A stretch of 64,000 bases of DNA from a virus (taxonomy: Duplodnaviria; Caudoviricetes), in IMG/VR virus record IMGVR_UViG_3300013105_000022, positions 72,516 through 136,515 of that record, one strand, 5' to 3'. The position numbers and the translations under genes are program-made. Position 1 is the first letter of the stretch. Every line of letters begins with the position of its first letter. The notes beneath the pieces are model-generated. The model was not told the origin of the DNA and made no database searches. It saw only the letters and a list, made by a program, of their open reading frames with translations. Below are positions 27,501-37,213 of the stretch, one piece after another.

Positions 27501-29206
27501 ACCTGGCCGGGGAATTCGATAATTTCCTCCAGGACATCATGCAGGGCCTCAACGACTTCTCCACAGACGTGGGGAAGTGGATCGATTCGACGTTCCTTCC
27601 TATGTGGAATGGATTCTGGGGAGGAATCGGTACCGGATTTGGTACAACCTGGAATGTCGTTACAGCTAACTGGAACAAGTTCACTCAAACTCTGAGTGCT
27701 AACTGGAACAAGTTCAGCGCTCAGTTCAAGATCGGATGGGACTCTTACTGGGGCGGAATCCGCAACGGATGGAACTCCTTCTGGGGTGGCGTAGGAGCAA
27801 CCTTCCAGGGCGCAGTAAACAACCTAGCCAACGTGTGGTCCGGAATTCAGGAAAAGTTCCGTGGACCGGCCAACTGGGTTATTTCCAACGTATGGAATAA
27901 GGGAATCCTTACGTTCTGGAACAACGTAGCGGGAAGGCTCGGTCTTGCTAAGATCGCCGCCGCTCCGCTGATTGGTGGTGCTCCGAAGTCACAGGGTACC
28001 TCTCTTGGAAAGAGTGTTGGGTCTAAGGCGGCGTCTCGATACGCTAAGGGTGGCGTCTACGGGGATCAGGGTGTCCTTCCTGGATACACACCTGGCCGCG
28101 ACGTGCACACCTTCCACTCCAACACAGGTGGAACTCTCAAGCTCAGTGGTGGCGAGGCCATCATGCGTCCGGAGTTCACCAAGCTCGTGGGCGGAATCGC
28201 TGGAGTCAACGCGCTCAACAGCAAGGCTCGTAAGGGTCAGCTAGCGTTCGCCACCGGTGGTGTCTACCAGAAGAGCATGGGTAGCTCTATCGGAAAGAAG
28301 GCCGGAACTACTCTTCAGAAGAAGGCTGACAAGGGAGGCGACCTGGATTCTCTAGGTCGCATCTTCACCGACCCTGTAGGATTCGTAGGTGACGGCCTGA
28401 AGAAGGTCGCCAGCACTCTTCTATCCGGCATGAGCAACGATGGATGGTCGGGCGTAGTAAAGAACATCCCAAGTAAGCTCATCGACGGAATGGTTGGCAA
28501 TGTAAAGTCCTGGTTCAGCGCCAACCCTTCCGGAGGCGGAGCGGGCGCGAACAATCTCGGATGGCAGAGGCAGTGGGCCATCATTCAGAAGCAGTTCCCT
28601 AGTGCTCGACTGACATCTGCATACCGTAGCCCCGGTGGTAACGCCGCCGTGGGTGGAGTGAAGGGTTCCTACCACACCCAGGGACGAGCCATTGACGTTA
28701 CGCCGTCTATGGAAATCTTCAACTGGATTCGTAAGAACTTCCCGAACTCCCGAGAGCTTATCTACTCCCCTGCCGGAGGTCGTCAGCTTCAGAACGGACA
28801 GAACAAGCTCTGGGGAGAGCCTGTACGTAGTAACCACTGGGATCACGTTCACTGGGCCATGAAGAATGGTGGCGTCATCCCAGGTCTATACGACAATGGT
28901 GGATGGCTACCTCATGGTGGTCTTGCGGTCAACAAGTCTGGCAAGCCAGAGGCTGTTCTTGATCCTCAGGAGAGTCGCGCACTGAAGGCACTCCTTGGTG
29001 GATCGGGACTCATGGGACGTAGCACCTTGGGTTCATCTCCGGCTTCCGTGCTCTCTCAGGGTGCACCTAAGATCACGGATAACTCGATCAACATTGATAA
29101 GGTCATCATGAACAACCCTGTTCCTGAGAAGCCTTCCACTTCCCTGCCGAAGGCCATTAGGAACATTGCATACATGAGTCTGGCCCGCACCGGCTCAGAT
29201 TCCTGA
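24572..29206 (+). CDS. Tape measure protein with C-terminal M15-like peptidase
   Basis: Long helical protein with W/F-periodic repeats; TSAYR...N..VGG...SYH..GRAID...HVH. Confidence 0.9.
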   Translation: MAEANETRAFYKVVSDFNNLRRDLTRTRQELAKTQAAEKAFNAASVKDRAASTKAATTRAKALASENVSLKAVLSNLTKYRERQRSLLAPVVAATKAINAQNRALKSNATNLSAAAIAAKAYADAQKSISRSTGVSSDALRTQKEFAKAQRKVKFDTDDTTESIKKQNVAIDAAHKLRNRFKGTGKLDNFLDSRSLVRFREEGNKLAPVFRQIEMGGKRAFDSLQKFGNWRPRLVPPFVALIPIIGAVIAALNPLVSLLGAVGGAAIGLSGQIGSLAGAFLALPGILSAVAAGIGGVIASMGGVGNVFKTYGAMQKALGKSPGSGGGQTQEERAEALADAERNLAKAQRNVQKAQENLNKAREEALKDLIDLRQEVGRASLTEERAIADLRLAQEAYWNVMADPGSTLGDKLDAAAKIKEAEADLQDVRKKNIKNQKDLVDAEKKGINQSDKVLDAQESLADAYDAQRKAQRALKTESAGGSSAVQALNDYNAALNELSPSARRFVLAIIGMQDQWKAFRKDLQEEFFGRFVDDLDLLPQALRNLSAFLKPAVGAMGDLAGAFLRMFTSPEWSRDMATIGEQNGDVIRNLGDAALSLSTALKDIVIAAGPFTDWLTGKFAEGAANFSDFVADARETGSLAGWLDNVADRLERWWTIVKNIGRTVFNFSSAASEFGDWITDGLLEMTENWVKFSEEQTKPNSPFKKWLEDIKPLLQAVDDLLGAFFSWFAEEAADPENIQSAIDLLKILTDDVGPALARLMDTLADTDIDEAFLKALTSIIESIDTIMENGGSAAFETFFDIVTGFFEGVAEFTSQIPKPVLEGLLSLLGFLAGVTFVGKFTGLTSLLGAILGFSGKTTLFAAISTMVKDFGKLDKMKFSALLGKAGLLAGIASLIVVTWNQNQNTQPFQDSLGNALTDPTKENVKNARDEGIKDGNGLKWLTGPTSPLNILTGGQSLVNLGAISEILHFIDDLMGTNLAGEFDNFLQDIMQGLNDFSTDVGKWIDSTFLPMWNGFWGGIGTGFGTTWNVVTANWNKFTQTLSANWNKFSAQFKIGWDSYWGGIRNGWNSFWGGVGATFQGAVNNLANVWSGIQEKFRGPANWVISNVWNKGILTFWNNVAGRLGLAKIAAAPLIGGAPKSQGTSLGKSVGSKAASRYAKGGVYGDQGVLPGYTPGRDVHTFHSNTGGTLKLSGGEAIMRPEFTKLVGGIAGVNALNSKARKGQLAFATGGVYQKSMGSSIGKKAGTTLQKKADKGGDLDSLGRIFTDPVGFVGDGLKKVASTLLSGMSNDGWSGVVKNIPSKLIDGMVGNVKSWFSANPSGGGAGANNLGWQRQWAIIQKQFPSARLTSAYRSPGGNAAVGGVKGSYHTQGRAIDVTPSMEIFNWIRKNFPNSRELIYSPAGGRQLQNGQNKLWGEPVRSNHWDHVHWAMKNGGVIPGLYDNGGWLPHGGLAVNKSGKPEAVLDPQESRALKALLGGSGLMGRSTLGSSPASVLSQGAPKITDNSINIDKVIMNNPVPEKPSTSLPKAIRNIAYMSLARTGSDS

Positions 29207-29234
29207 TAAGATATATGTAGGAGGCTAGAAGCCT

Positions 29235-30077
29235 ATGGCACTAAGCACAGATACGTACTGGGACATCAACGGTGTTCCACTTCAGACGTATGCCTACAAC
29301 GTAACCACGTGGGGTGGAGACCTACAAACTCCTCCACCCCTTCGTGGTGAGGATTTGACCATTCCATATCGTCCCGGAACGGTGTTTCAGACACGTCGCC
29401 CTGACGGTAGATCAATGAGCTTCAATATGTGGGTTCAGGGTTCAGATTCCGATGGAAATGTACCTGCCAACAAGACAATGCGCGCTGAGTTCGAGAAGAA
29501 CTTTATGATGCTACGCAACCTGTTCTGGAATCAGGGTAAGCAGGTAACAATCACCAAGCGTTGGCGAGACTACACTACGGGTAACATGCGTTCTGCGTCT
29601 GCCCGAGCAGTATTCGCAGGAGGCATCGCACCATCCATGCATGGTAATGCTCACGCTAGTTTCTCTGTCGAGATGTACCTATCTGATCCCTTCTTCTACG
29701 GTGCGGAAGTTACCGCCAACTTTTCCGCCGTGGCTACATCTACGCTAGCTCTGGATGTTCCCGGAGATTACGAGACCACTGATATCCTGATCGACTTCCA
29801 AGGTGCCCGTAACAACTTCCGTCTCACCAATGTGAGTGAAGCTGTATACGTGAACGTCAATCAGAATCTTGCCAGTGGTCAGCTTATCCGTCTCGATGTG
29901 AACAACTTCCGAGCGTCCAAGAACCCAACTACATCACCTTCTAACGTGATTGGGTCTGTGACCAACTTTGGTCACCCCTTCTGGTTCGTCCTACGTCCAG
30001 GAGTTCAAAATCTTACTCTATCGTCTTCTTCCGGTACCGGTGCAGGAACACTGAAGTACCGCCCTAGGTGGTTGTAA
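29235..30077 (+). CDS. Distal tail protein (Dit)
   Basis: Follows TMP; DPFFYG and L.PG.Q.L motifs. Confidence 0.8.
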   Translation: MALSTDTYWDINGVPLQTYAYNVTTWGGDLQTPPPLRGEDLTIPYRPGTVFQTRRPDGRSMSFNMWVQGSDSDGNVPANKTMRAEFEKNFMMLRNLFWNQGKQVTITKRWRDYTTGNMRSASARAVFAGGIAPSMHGNAHASFSVEMYLSDPFFYGAEVTANFSAVATSTLALDVPGDYETTDILIDFQGARNNFRLTNVSEAVYVNVNQNLASGQLIRLDVNNFRASKNPTTSPSNVIGSVTNFGHPFWFVLRPGVQNLTLSSSSGTGAGTLKYRPRWL

Positions 30078-33000
30078 TGGCAGATACTTGGATTGATCTG
30101 TGGTCCGGAATTTGGGACAACGTGTGGGGCGTCCTTTACGTCCCTGTGGATGCTGAAGACAGTGAGTACTTCAACACCCAAATTGAAATCTACGCTGACA
30201 CCAATACAAATGTCATGCTGGACATTATCAACGCTCGTGTGGAGCCTACCTGCCTCACTGAGCTTCGTGCTCACGGTGCAGGTAGCTTTAAGGTGTCTAA
30301 GAACGATAGCAAGATTCTAGAAAATCCTAGCCTTCTTGACTACCGCAAGTACGTCAAGGTGCGCCTGAATGGCACGGTCGTGGGTGGGTTCATCATCCAG
30401 ACAAAGAAGACCGTCATCGTCGGTGAGGGCGAAGAAGCAGACGAGTCCTGGGAGATTTCTGGAGAAGGACAGCGTTCTGCATCTCGTGACGCCGCTGTGT
30501 ACCCTGCCCTAGGTCTGAAGGCTACGAGTGCAGACACTCGATACTTCAACTTCGCCACTGAGCAAGGGTCCTGGTACAAGCCTAGTGAGTGGGCTAACGC
30601 AACCACCAACTGGACGATTCGTAACAAGGGAAACCCTTGGGGAACCGCTCCTGCCGAGTGGCCAGACGCCCCACTGGCGTACTGGATTTGGGATCGTTGG
30701 CCTGCCCCTATGCCTCAGGGATATGTGTACTTCCGCAAGGAGTTCACTGTAGCTACCGCCGCTTCTCACTCCCTGTTCATCGCCGTCGATGATAGAGCCG
30801 AAATCTACGTGGACGGTGAGCTTCTTCTGACGACCGCCGAGAAGGGTTGGCAGACCACCAACCGTATCGACATGGAGCTAGAAGCGGGTCCCCACGTCAT
30901 CGGGGTCAAGGCCTACAACATCGCCAGCGGTGCCGCTAGCATGGTCGCATCATTCTTCAAGTTTGGCGACCCTCTAGTTCCTTCGAGCGCTCAGCTTCTG
31001 TTCGTGTCGAACAACACGTGGAAGGTTCGTGGATATCCGGCAGTGGAGCCAGGATGGACCATTGGCGATATTCTGCTGACCCTTCTAAACGAGGCAAAGG
31101 CACGAGGAGTACGCTTCGCAAACAACTGGACACCCACATTTACAGCACTGAATGACAGTGCGGGTCAGCCCTGGGGAGAGCCTATTCAGTTCTCTCTCTC
31201 GGTAGGTGCTACCTACGAAGATGCAATTTCCGCTCTGGAAGAGATGGGTTGCGACATCTTCGTAGACCCTGATACTCTAGCTGTTAGCGCCTGGAAGAAG
31301 CGCGGATCGGATAAGTCTCTAGGCCCTGGTCCTGTCTACAATCCAGATGCCATTATCTTCTCTCCAGGTCACAACCTTCGAAGCGCAGAAGAGACGGGTC
31401 AGGCTGAGATTGCCAACACCCTCATGCTTCACTCTAAGGAGGGTTGGAAGGAGTCTGCCTACACGGACACGACTTCCATTACTCGTTACGGTCGCGTGGA
31501 GACTCAGCTTTCTACTGACCTCTCCGCCGCCGGTGCCGCACCTATCGTTCAGGAGCTTTTCCGTACCAAGGCCCTGCCTGAAAAGAGTGCCACCTTCGAC
31601 ATCGTGTCAGTGGATGACATGATTCCGTTCCTCAACTTCAACGTAGGAGATATCGTCTCTGCACCTGGCGAGGTCCCAGGTCTCATGGAGTCTCGCAGGA
31701 TCATGTCTATCTCCTTTTCCGAGGACTCGGGAACAGGAAGGCCTGAGTTTTCCCTGGAGTTCGACACGATCTTCAAGGATCGTCAGACGGAGCTTGAGAA
31801 GTGGGTATCTCGCATCTCTAACTCTTCTGCTATCGGAGGAGGATTCACCAACTCCTCCTCGCTTCCTCCGACCTCTCAGGTGGGTCAGCCTGGTACACCG
31901 GTTGGAAACGTACCAGACGCGCCTACGGGCCTCGTTGTGTCCTCTTTGGGTAAGTTCTCCGCAGACGGAACAAGCTCCTCCGACTTCGGACTTACTTGGA
32001 ACCCCGTTGTCACCGGCTCGGGTTTCGGTACCATCACCATTACGCAGTACGAGGTTTGGGGAAGACTAGCGACGGAGACCGAGTTCTCCCTTCTCGGTAT
32101 CGTTTTCGATTCCTTTGCCTACCTAACGGGGTTCCGTACCGGAGACTCATGGGTCTTCAAGGTGCGCGCAGTTTCTAGTTCTGGAGGTCCCGGAGATTTC
32201 TCAGAGGAGGTAGCCCTGACCGCCGCTAACCCGGCCATCGTCCTGGGCAAGCCAACAGCACCTTCTCTATCCTCCAGCATGGGTACAGTTACCATCCGCT
32301 GGGATGGTCTGATTGCAGGAACTCCAGCACCAGGATATGTACGATACGTTCGAGTAGAGCGCACGCGGCAAGGTAGCACGGGTACTTGGGAAGAGAAGCG
32401 TCGTAACGTGTTCGCTAACCCTTACGCCAAGTCCTCCCTGTCCAGGTTCTCAAGCTCGGGCGGTACTGACGTATCTCTCAGTCTTCGTACTGACATGACA
32501 GCGCCGACGACAACGGCAGTGCGTTCTACCCGAAATAGCACAGCATCTAGCGTCCGCCTGGTGGACTTCATTGCGGGCACGGAGATGCTGGCCTCTACCT
32601 CATATCGAACCCGTGTCAGGGTACGCTCCTCTCACGAACTGACTGGTGTCATTGTGGCATACAGGCCTGCCGTTGGCACGTCTGGAGTATCAGTAGTAGC
32701 CGACACCGTGGACATCCCCGTAGGAGTCTCCTACGTGGACGTTATCGGATTGACGCACGTGAACGCTCCTACAGCTACGGCAGGAGTGTCCTTCATTCAC
32801 TCAGGCGGCACTATCGGTGCGACCCTAGATGTCACGGACATCTCCATCGAGAAGATGCCAAGTGACGGTACTATGGTGGCTGGAGACCTCACTTCTTCCG
32901 ACCCCACAAAGAGGTACCGCTGGCTGGGAACTGCTGACAACTCGGTATCCGTCTACGAAGAGCTTGACGCTTGGGTTGCGGTAGGAACGTTGGTACGTGG

Positions 33001-34162
33001 ATCGACTGTTGACGCCTCTGTGCTCACTGGCAAGAGCTACGACTACCGACTGGTAGCGATTGACACATACGGCGGCGAAAGCCTGGCGTCTGACAAGTCC
33101 ACCATCATTGTCAAGGGTGTTCAGTCCGGAGACATCACAGGAGGACTGGCTTCTCAGAACCTCGTGGCTAATGGTTCCTTCGAGGACGACCTTGCCAACT
33201 GGGTTGTCAAGTCCATCTACCCCAACGGTGGTTCATCCGCTGTTGTGGTAACTGGAGGTATTGCCGGGTTCAAGTATCTGCGACTGACACGTGGCGTCGA
33301 GATTCCGGGAGCCGAGACCGAGCTAATTGTTGCTCAAGACTCTGCCAGCCTGGTTCCTATCTCCTCCGTGGGAGCATCCGGATACTTTGTATCTGCTAAG
33401 GTTGCCTCCTCCACCGCAGAAGCAGAGGGCTTCTCGATGCGAGTCTACTGGTACACTGGCGATAAGGTGACTCCAGCGAGCACCGCCGTGTCTACAGTAG
33501 TGGACGAGCAGAACGTATCTACCACCGCTCAGTACTTCGTGGGTCAGGTATTCCCACCTGACGACGCTAGATTCATGCAGGTAGCTGTCGTATCTGCTCG
33601 CCAAGACAGCATTCTGTTCGTGGATGACGTTGTTGCCCGAGAGGTTATCTCTGAGGGCATGATCGGTCAGGGTGCTGTTACTGCTCCTCACCTATCCGCA
33701 GGTTCGGTAACAGCTAACGCTCTACAGGCCGGATCAGTAACTGCTGATGCACTTGCGGCTGGGTCTGTAGTGGCGGACAAGATCGGTGCCGGAGAGATTC
33801 AGACCAACCACCTTTCTTCGGATGTGGGTGCTTCTCTTGACATTTCTTCGAACGCATCTGTGAACATTCTGATTAACAGGACTGATACACTTGAGGGTGA
33901 CCTTGAGAGTACTCAAGGTGCAATTACGGACCTTCAGACCTATTACTCTTTCACTTCCGAGGGTGCCGTGATCGGTAAGACCGACAGCGCATTCAAGCTC
34001 TTCCTGAAGAACGACAGGATCGAAATTCTAGAAAACAACGTAGTTGTTTCCTACTGGGACTCAGGACAGATGGTTGTAAAGCGCTTCGTCGGAGAGGAAG
34101 TTGTTCTCGCTAATCACAAGATCGAGAAGTACACCACAGGAACGATTGTGAAGAAGCTCTAA
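30077..34162 (+). CDS. Minor tail / tail-tip hub protein with FN3 and carbohydrate-binding modules
   Basis: PDAPTGL...W..V...YEV...FKVRAV FN3; NLVANGSFE CBM start; AGSVTA repeats. Confidence 0.8.
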   Translation: MADTWIDLWSGIWDNVWGVLYVPVDAEDSEYFNTQIEIYADTNTNVMLDIINARVEPTCLTELRAHGAGSFKVSKNDSKILENPSLLDYRKYVKVRLNGTVVGGFIIQTKKTVIVGEGEEADESWEISGEGQRSASRDAAVYPALGLKATSADTRYFNFATEQGSWYKPSEWANATTNWTIRNKGNPWGTAPAEWPDAPLAYWIWDRWPAPMPQGYVYFRKEFTVATAASHSLFIAVDDRAEIYVDGELLLTTAEKGWQTTNRIDMELEAGPHVIGVKAYNIASGAASMVASFFKFGDPLVPSSAQLLFVSNNTWKVRGYPAVEPGWTIGDILLTLLNEAKARGVRFANNWTPTFTALNDSAGQPWGEPIQFSLSVGATYEDAISALEEMGCDIFVDPDTLAVSAWKKRGSDKSLGPGPVYNPDAIIFSPGHNLRSAEETGQAEIANTLMLHSKEGWKESAYTDTTSITRYGRVETQLSTDLSAAGAAPIVQELFRTKALPEKSATFDIVSVDDMIPFLNFNVGDIVSAPGEVPGLMESRRIMSISFSEDSGTGRPEFSLEFDTIFKDRQTELEKWVSRISNSSAIGGGFTNSSSLPPTSQVGQPGTPVGNVPDAPTGLVVSSLGKFSADGTSSSDFGLTWNPVVTGSGFGTITITQYEVWGRLATETEFSLLGIVFDSFAYLTGFRTGDSWVFKVRAVSSSGGPGDFSEEVALTAANPAIVLGKPTAPSLSSSMGTVTIRWDGLIAGTPAPGYVRYVRVERTRQGSTGTWEEKRRNVFANPYAKSSLSRFSSSGGTDVSLSLRTDMTAPTTTAVRSTRNSTASSVRLVDFIAGTEMLASTSYRTRVRVRSSHELTGVIVAYRPAVGTSGVSVVADTVDIPVGVSYVDVIGLTHVNAPTATAGVSFIHSGGTIGATLDVTDISIEKMPSDGTMVAGDLTSSDPTKRYRWLGTADNSVSVYEELDAWVAVGTLVRGSTVDASVLTGKSYDYRLVAIDTYGGESLASDKSTIIVKGVQSGDITGGLASQNLVANGSFEDDLANWVVKSIYPNGGSSAVVVTGGIAGFKYLRLTRGVEIPGAETELIVAQDSASLVPISSVGASGYFVSAKVASSTAEAEGFSMRVYWYTGDKVTPASTAVSTVVDEQNVSTTAQYFVGQVFPPDDARFMQVAVVSARQDSILFVDDVVAREVISEGMIGQGAVTAPHLSAGSVTANALQAGSVTADALAAGSVVADKIGAGEIQTNHLSSDVGASLDISSNASVNILINRTDTLEGDLESTQGAITDLQTYYSFTSEGAVIGKTDSAFKLFLKNDRIEILENNVVVSYWDSGQMVVKRFVGEEVVLANHKIEKYTTGTIVKKL

Positions 34163-36243
34163 TGGCAGTAGTTCAAGGAACATTCAACGGTCGTACGCAG
34201 TACTCACTGCAACTGACCGTTACTCAGGGTTCCCAAAGCGTGACCAACAATACATCCGTGGTGTCCGTTTCTCTGAGGATCAACGAATCCCCTAACTGGG
34301 GTTCATGGACCAATGAAGACCTCACATGGTCCTGGAATGTTGCGGGTCAATCTCGATCCGGTTCTACGAGCTACGACTTCCGAAACTACGACACTCTCCT
34401 TCTATGGTCTGGGTCTATTTCAGTAGCTCACAGGGCAGACGGTACGCAGTCTATTTCCTTCTCTGCCAGCGCCGGTGGTGGAACTATTATTGGTTCTGCT
34501 AGCTGTAGCGGTTCTATGTCTTTGACGACGATTCCTCGTGCGTCTCAGTCTACGTTTGCGGCGAGCGGTCCTAAGTATCCTGGTGTTTCTTACGTTATCA
34601 ACACCAATCGAGCTTCCACAGGATTTACTCACACCCTTCAGTACAACTTCGGTTCTAGTGGATGGGTGACTATTGCCACGGGCGTCGGAGGTTCCACTTC
34701 GTGGACCCCACCAATGTCACTGTTGAACGAGTTCCCAAGCTCCCCTACAGGTGCCGGAGTCATCCGTACGACTACCTACAGTGGTGGTACCAATATCGGT
34801 AGCAAGGACTCCAACTTCACGCTCACCGTCCCCGACGACGTTGTTCCCACTTGGACCTCTGTATCAGTGTCCGAGAATAACTCTGCTGTCGCGTCCGCCG
34901 TGGGTGCCTATGTTCAAAGTGTGTCGAGACTTGAATACGCTATCAACGGAGCCGCTGGTGCTTACGGCTCTACCATCTCTCTGAGAAGGTTCACCGCCGC
35001 AGGACAGACCGTAGACGGTGCTACTGGCGTTACTCCTCTGCCTATCTCCTCTTCGGGAACCGTTCCCGTAACCTGGATGATTCAGGACTCCCGAGGAAAG
35101 CAGAAGACTCAGACTCAGAACATTACGGTTCTCTCCTACGCTACGCCTAAGATCAACTCTGCCACGGTAGTTCGAGCACTCAGCGACGGAACACCCGATC
35201 CAGACGAAGGAACCTATCTTCGTTTGAGCTTGAATGCTGTTGTGCAGTCTCTGATGAACGTAACCGAGAGGAACATTCTTCAGATCAAGGTTCGTGCGCG
35301 ACTATTCGGAAGCGCTACGCCGTGGACGGATGCTTCGACGCTGAAGGCAACAGTGAACCCGTCAGGAGTCACCTACAACTCGAATATCACGGTGGCGGGA
35401 CCGTTCGGTGTGGATGATTCCTATGAGATTCGTATTGAGGTACTTGACCGATTCAACACATCTGCATTCCAGACCTCTATCGCTGTTGGTGCTGTATTTA
35501 TGCACTGGGGAGACGGTCTAGGTGTAGGAAAGTACCATGAGAACGGAATCCTGGATGTCAATGGTGATATCTACCAGAAGAGCAAGAAGGTATACTCTCT
35601 ACAGCAGACTCTCTACTACACGACTAGCGGTACCTTTACGAAGGCAACTTACCCCTGGCTAGCTCAAGTACGAGTGAGGCTCGTGGGTGGTGGCGGTGCT
35701 GGTGGAGGCGCTTTTGCCGGTGGCAGTGGTCACTCATCAGGCGGTGGTGGCGGTGGTGGCGGATATGCCGAGCGTGTAATTCCCGCCTCTGATCTTGCCT
35801 CTAGTGTTACAGTTACAGTGGGTGCCGGTGGTACAGGTTCTTCAGCCGCTTCAGGTGGAGACGGAGGAGCATCTTCCTTCGGCACAACAGTTGTAGCTAC
35901 CGGAGGTCTAGGTGGTGGAACTTTCGCGGCTAACACTCTCATGATCGGCGCACTCTCAGGTGCCGGTGGTGAAGGAACCTCAGGATCATTCATTTCCGCC
36001 GGTAATCCAGGAACTATGGGAAGTGGTAACGCAACCTTGGCACACAGTGGTAACGGCGGTGGTTCGATGTTCGGTGGCGGTGGCCAGGGATCATATACGG
36101 GCGCTGGTGGTGGTTCCTCTGATGGAGTTGCTGGAGGTAGGTTTGGCGGTGGCGGGGCTGGAGCTAGATCGAACCAGAGCGGAGCCGCACAAAAGGGTGG
36201 AGACGGATACTCCGGACTAGTGATTGTCGAGCTATTCGCGTGA
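34162..36243 (+). CDS. Minor tail protein (siphovirus DUF859-like, Gly-rich C-terminus)
   Basis: QSVTNNTS.V and LTTIPRAS motifs; GGGGAGG repeats ending G..GLVIV. Confidence 0.75.
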   Translation: MAVVQGTFNGRTQYSLQLTVTQGSQSVTNNTSVVSVSLRINESPNWGSWTNEDLTWSWNVAGQSRSGSTSYDFRNYDTLLLWSGSISVAHRADGTQSISFSASAGGGTIIGSASCSGSMSLTTIPRASQSTFAASGPKYPGVSYVINTNRASTGFTHTLQYNFGSSGWVTIATGVGGSTSWTPPMSLLNEFPSSPTGAGVIRTTTYSGGTNIGSKDSNFTLTVPDDVVPTWTSVSVSENNSAVASAVGAYVQSVSRLEYAINGAAGAYGSTISLRRFTAAGQTVDGATGVTPLPISSSGTVPVTWMIQDSRGKQKTQTQNITVLSYATPKINSATVVRALSDGTPDPDEGTYLRLSLNAVVQSLMNVTERNILQIKVRARLFGSATPWTDASTLKATVNPSGVTYNSNITVAGPFGVDDSYEIRIEVLDRFNTSAFQTSIAVGAVFMHWGDGLGVGKYHENGILDVNGDIYQKSKKVYSLQQTLYYTTSGTFTKATYPWLAQVRVRLVGGGGAGGGAFAGGSGHSSGGGGGGGGYAERVIPASDLASSVTVTVGAGGTGSSAASGGDGGASSFGTTVVATGGLGGGTFAANTLMIGALSGAGGEGTSGSFISAGNPGTMGSGNATLAHSGNGGGSMFGGGGQGSYTGAGGGSSDGVAGGRFGGGGAGARSNQSGAAQKGGDGYSGLVIVELFA

Positions 36244-36533
36244 GATATGCAATTGTAAAAAATGGCGAGGTCATCAACATCATCGAGTGGGATGGCTTGG
36301 CCGAGTACCTGCCTGCCGAGAACTGTGATGTCTATGACGTAGTTCCTGAGGTATCTATTGGCTGGACTTTTGTCAATGAGGAATTCGTTGCCCCGGACCC
36401 TCCTATCCTTCCGGAGGAGCCTACAGAGGACCCAGCTATTACAGAGGCCAAAGAAGCGGCGTCACAGGAACTGATGGCTTTGGGTATCTCAGAAGCAAAT
36501 GCTCGCATCATTGTCGGTCTTCCTCCTCTCTGA
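36240..36533 (+). CDS. Small tail-fibre-associated protein
   Basis: YAIV.NG.V.NII and IGW.F....F.AP motifs typical after Gly-rich fibres. Confidence 0.6.
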   Translation: MRYAIVKNGEVINIIEWDGLAEYLPAENCDVYDVVPEVSIGWTFVNEEFVAPDPPILPEEPTEDPAITEAKEAASQELMALGISEANARIIVGLPPL

Positions 36534-36556
36534 GAAGCTATCGATACCTCTACGGC

Positions 36557-36565
36557 GCGATAGTA
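36557..36565 (+). promoter_or_regulatory. Late motif upstream of holin
   Basis: Exact GCGATAGTA. Confidence 0.7.
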
Positions 36566-36581
36566 GTAAGCGGAGGTTCTT

Positions 36582-37175
36582 ATGCTAGAAAACATTCGCA
36601 ACTGGTTCACGCCAGCTACTCGTGAGAAGGTCTACACGGCTATCGCCGCGCTGGCCCCTATTTTCGTGGCCGCAGGACTCATCACTCCCGGAAGTGTTGA
36701 GCCGTGGCTTGTCATCGTCGGTGCTGGACTACAGGCTCTTGCCGGTCTTCTGGCTCTTGCTAACCTAAAGCCTACAGACGCCGCACGTTGGTTCGGTACA
36801 GTAGGCCGTGGTCTCATCTACGGTGGAGCTACTGCCGTAGCTGGTGCCGTCGTTACACTCGGGTTCATCACGCAGGACTGGGCTACAGGAGCGCTTACTT
36901 ACGTGTCCCTGGGTCTGACTGCTCTCCAGGCTGTCCTTGCTGTCGTTACTCCGAAGGAAGTAGCGTTCGCACCTGAGGACATTCCTGTTGTCGTCAAGGC
37001 CGTCGTCACCAAGGATGACGCCGTTGTTGCACCTGTCGTAGAGACGGGCACTGTTGTTGCTACCTCTGTAGAAGAGGGCACTGTTGTTGCTACCTCTGTT
37101 GAAGAGGGCACCATCCCAGCCCCCGTCGTCCTTGAGGAGAACGTTGAGCCTCAGGCTGACGGTCGCGACCTTTAA
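36582..37175 (+). CDS. Holin-like membrane protein (internally duplicated)
   Basis: About four hydrophobic helices in two similar halves (WFTPATREKVY / WFGTVGRGLIY); acidic tail. Confidence 0.65.
   Translation: MLENIRNWFTPATREKVYTAIAALAPIFVAAGLITPGSVEPWLVIVGAGLQALAGLLALANLKPTDAARWFGTVGRGLIYGGATAVAGAVVTLGFITQDWATGALTYVSLGLTALQAVLAVVTPKEVAFAPEDIPVVVKAVVTKDDAVVAPVVETGTVVATSVEEGTVVATSVEEGTIPAPVVLEENVEPQADGRDL
37046..37111 (+). repeat. 30-bp tandem repeat (2.2 copies) in holin tail
   Basis: GGGCACTGTTGTTGCTACCTCTGT(A/T)GAAGA twice, then GGGCAC. Confidence 0.9.
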
Positions 37176-37213
37176 GTAGAAGTACCAAGCGGGCCTAGCG
37201 CCCTGGAGCTACC

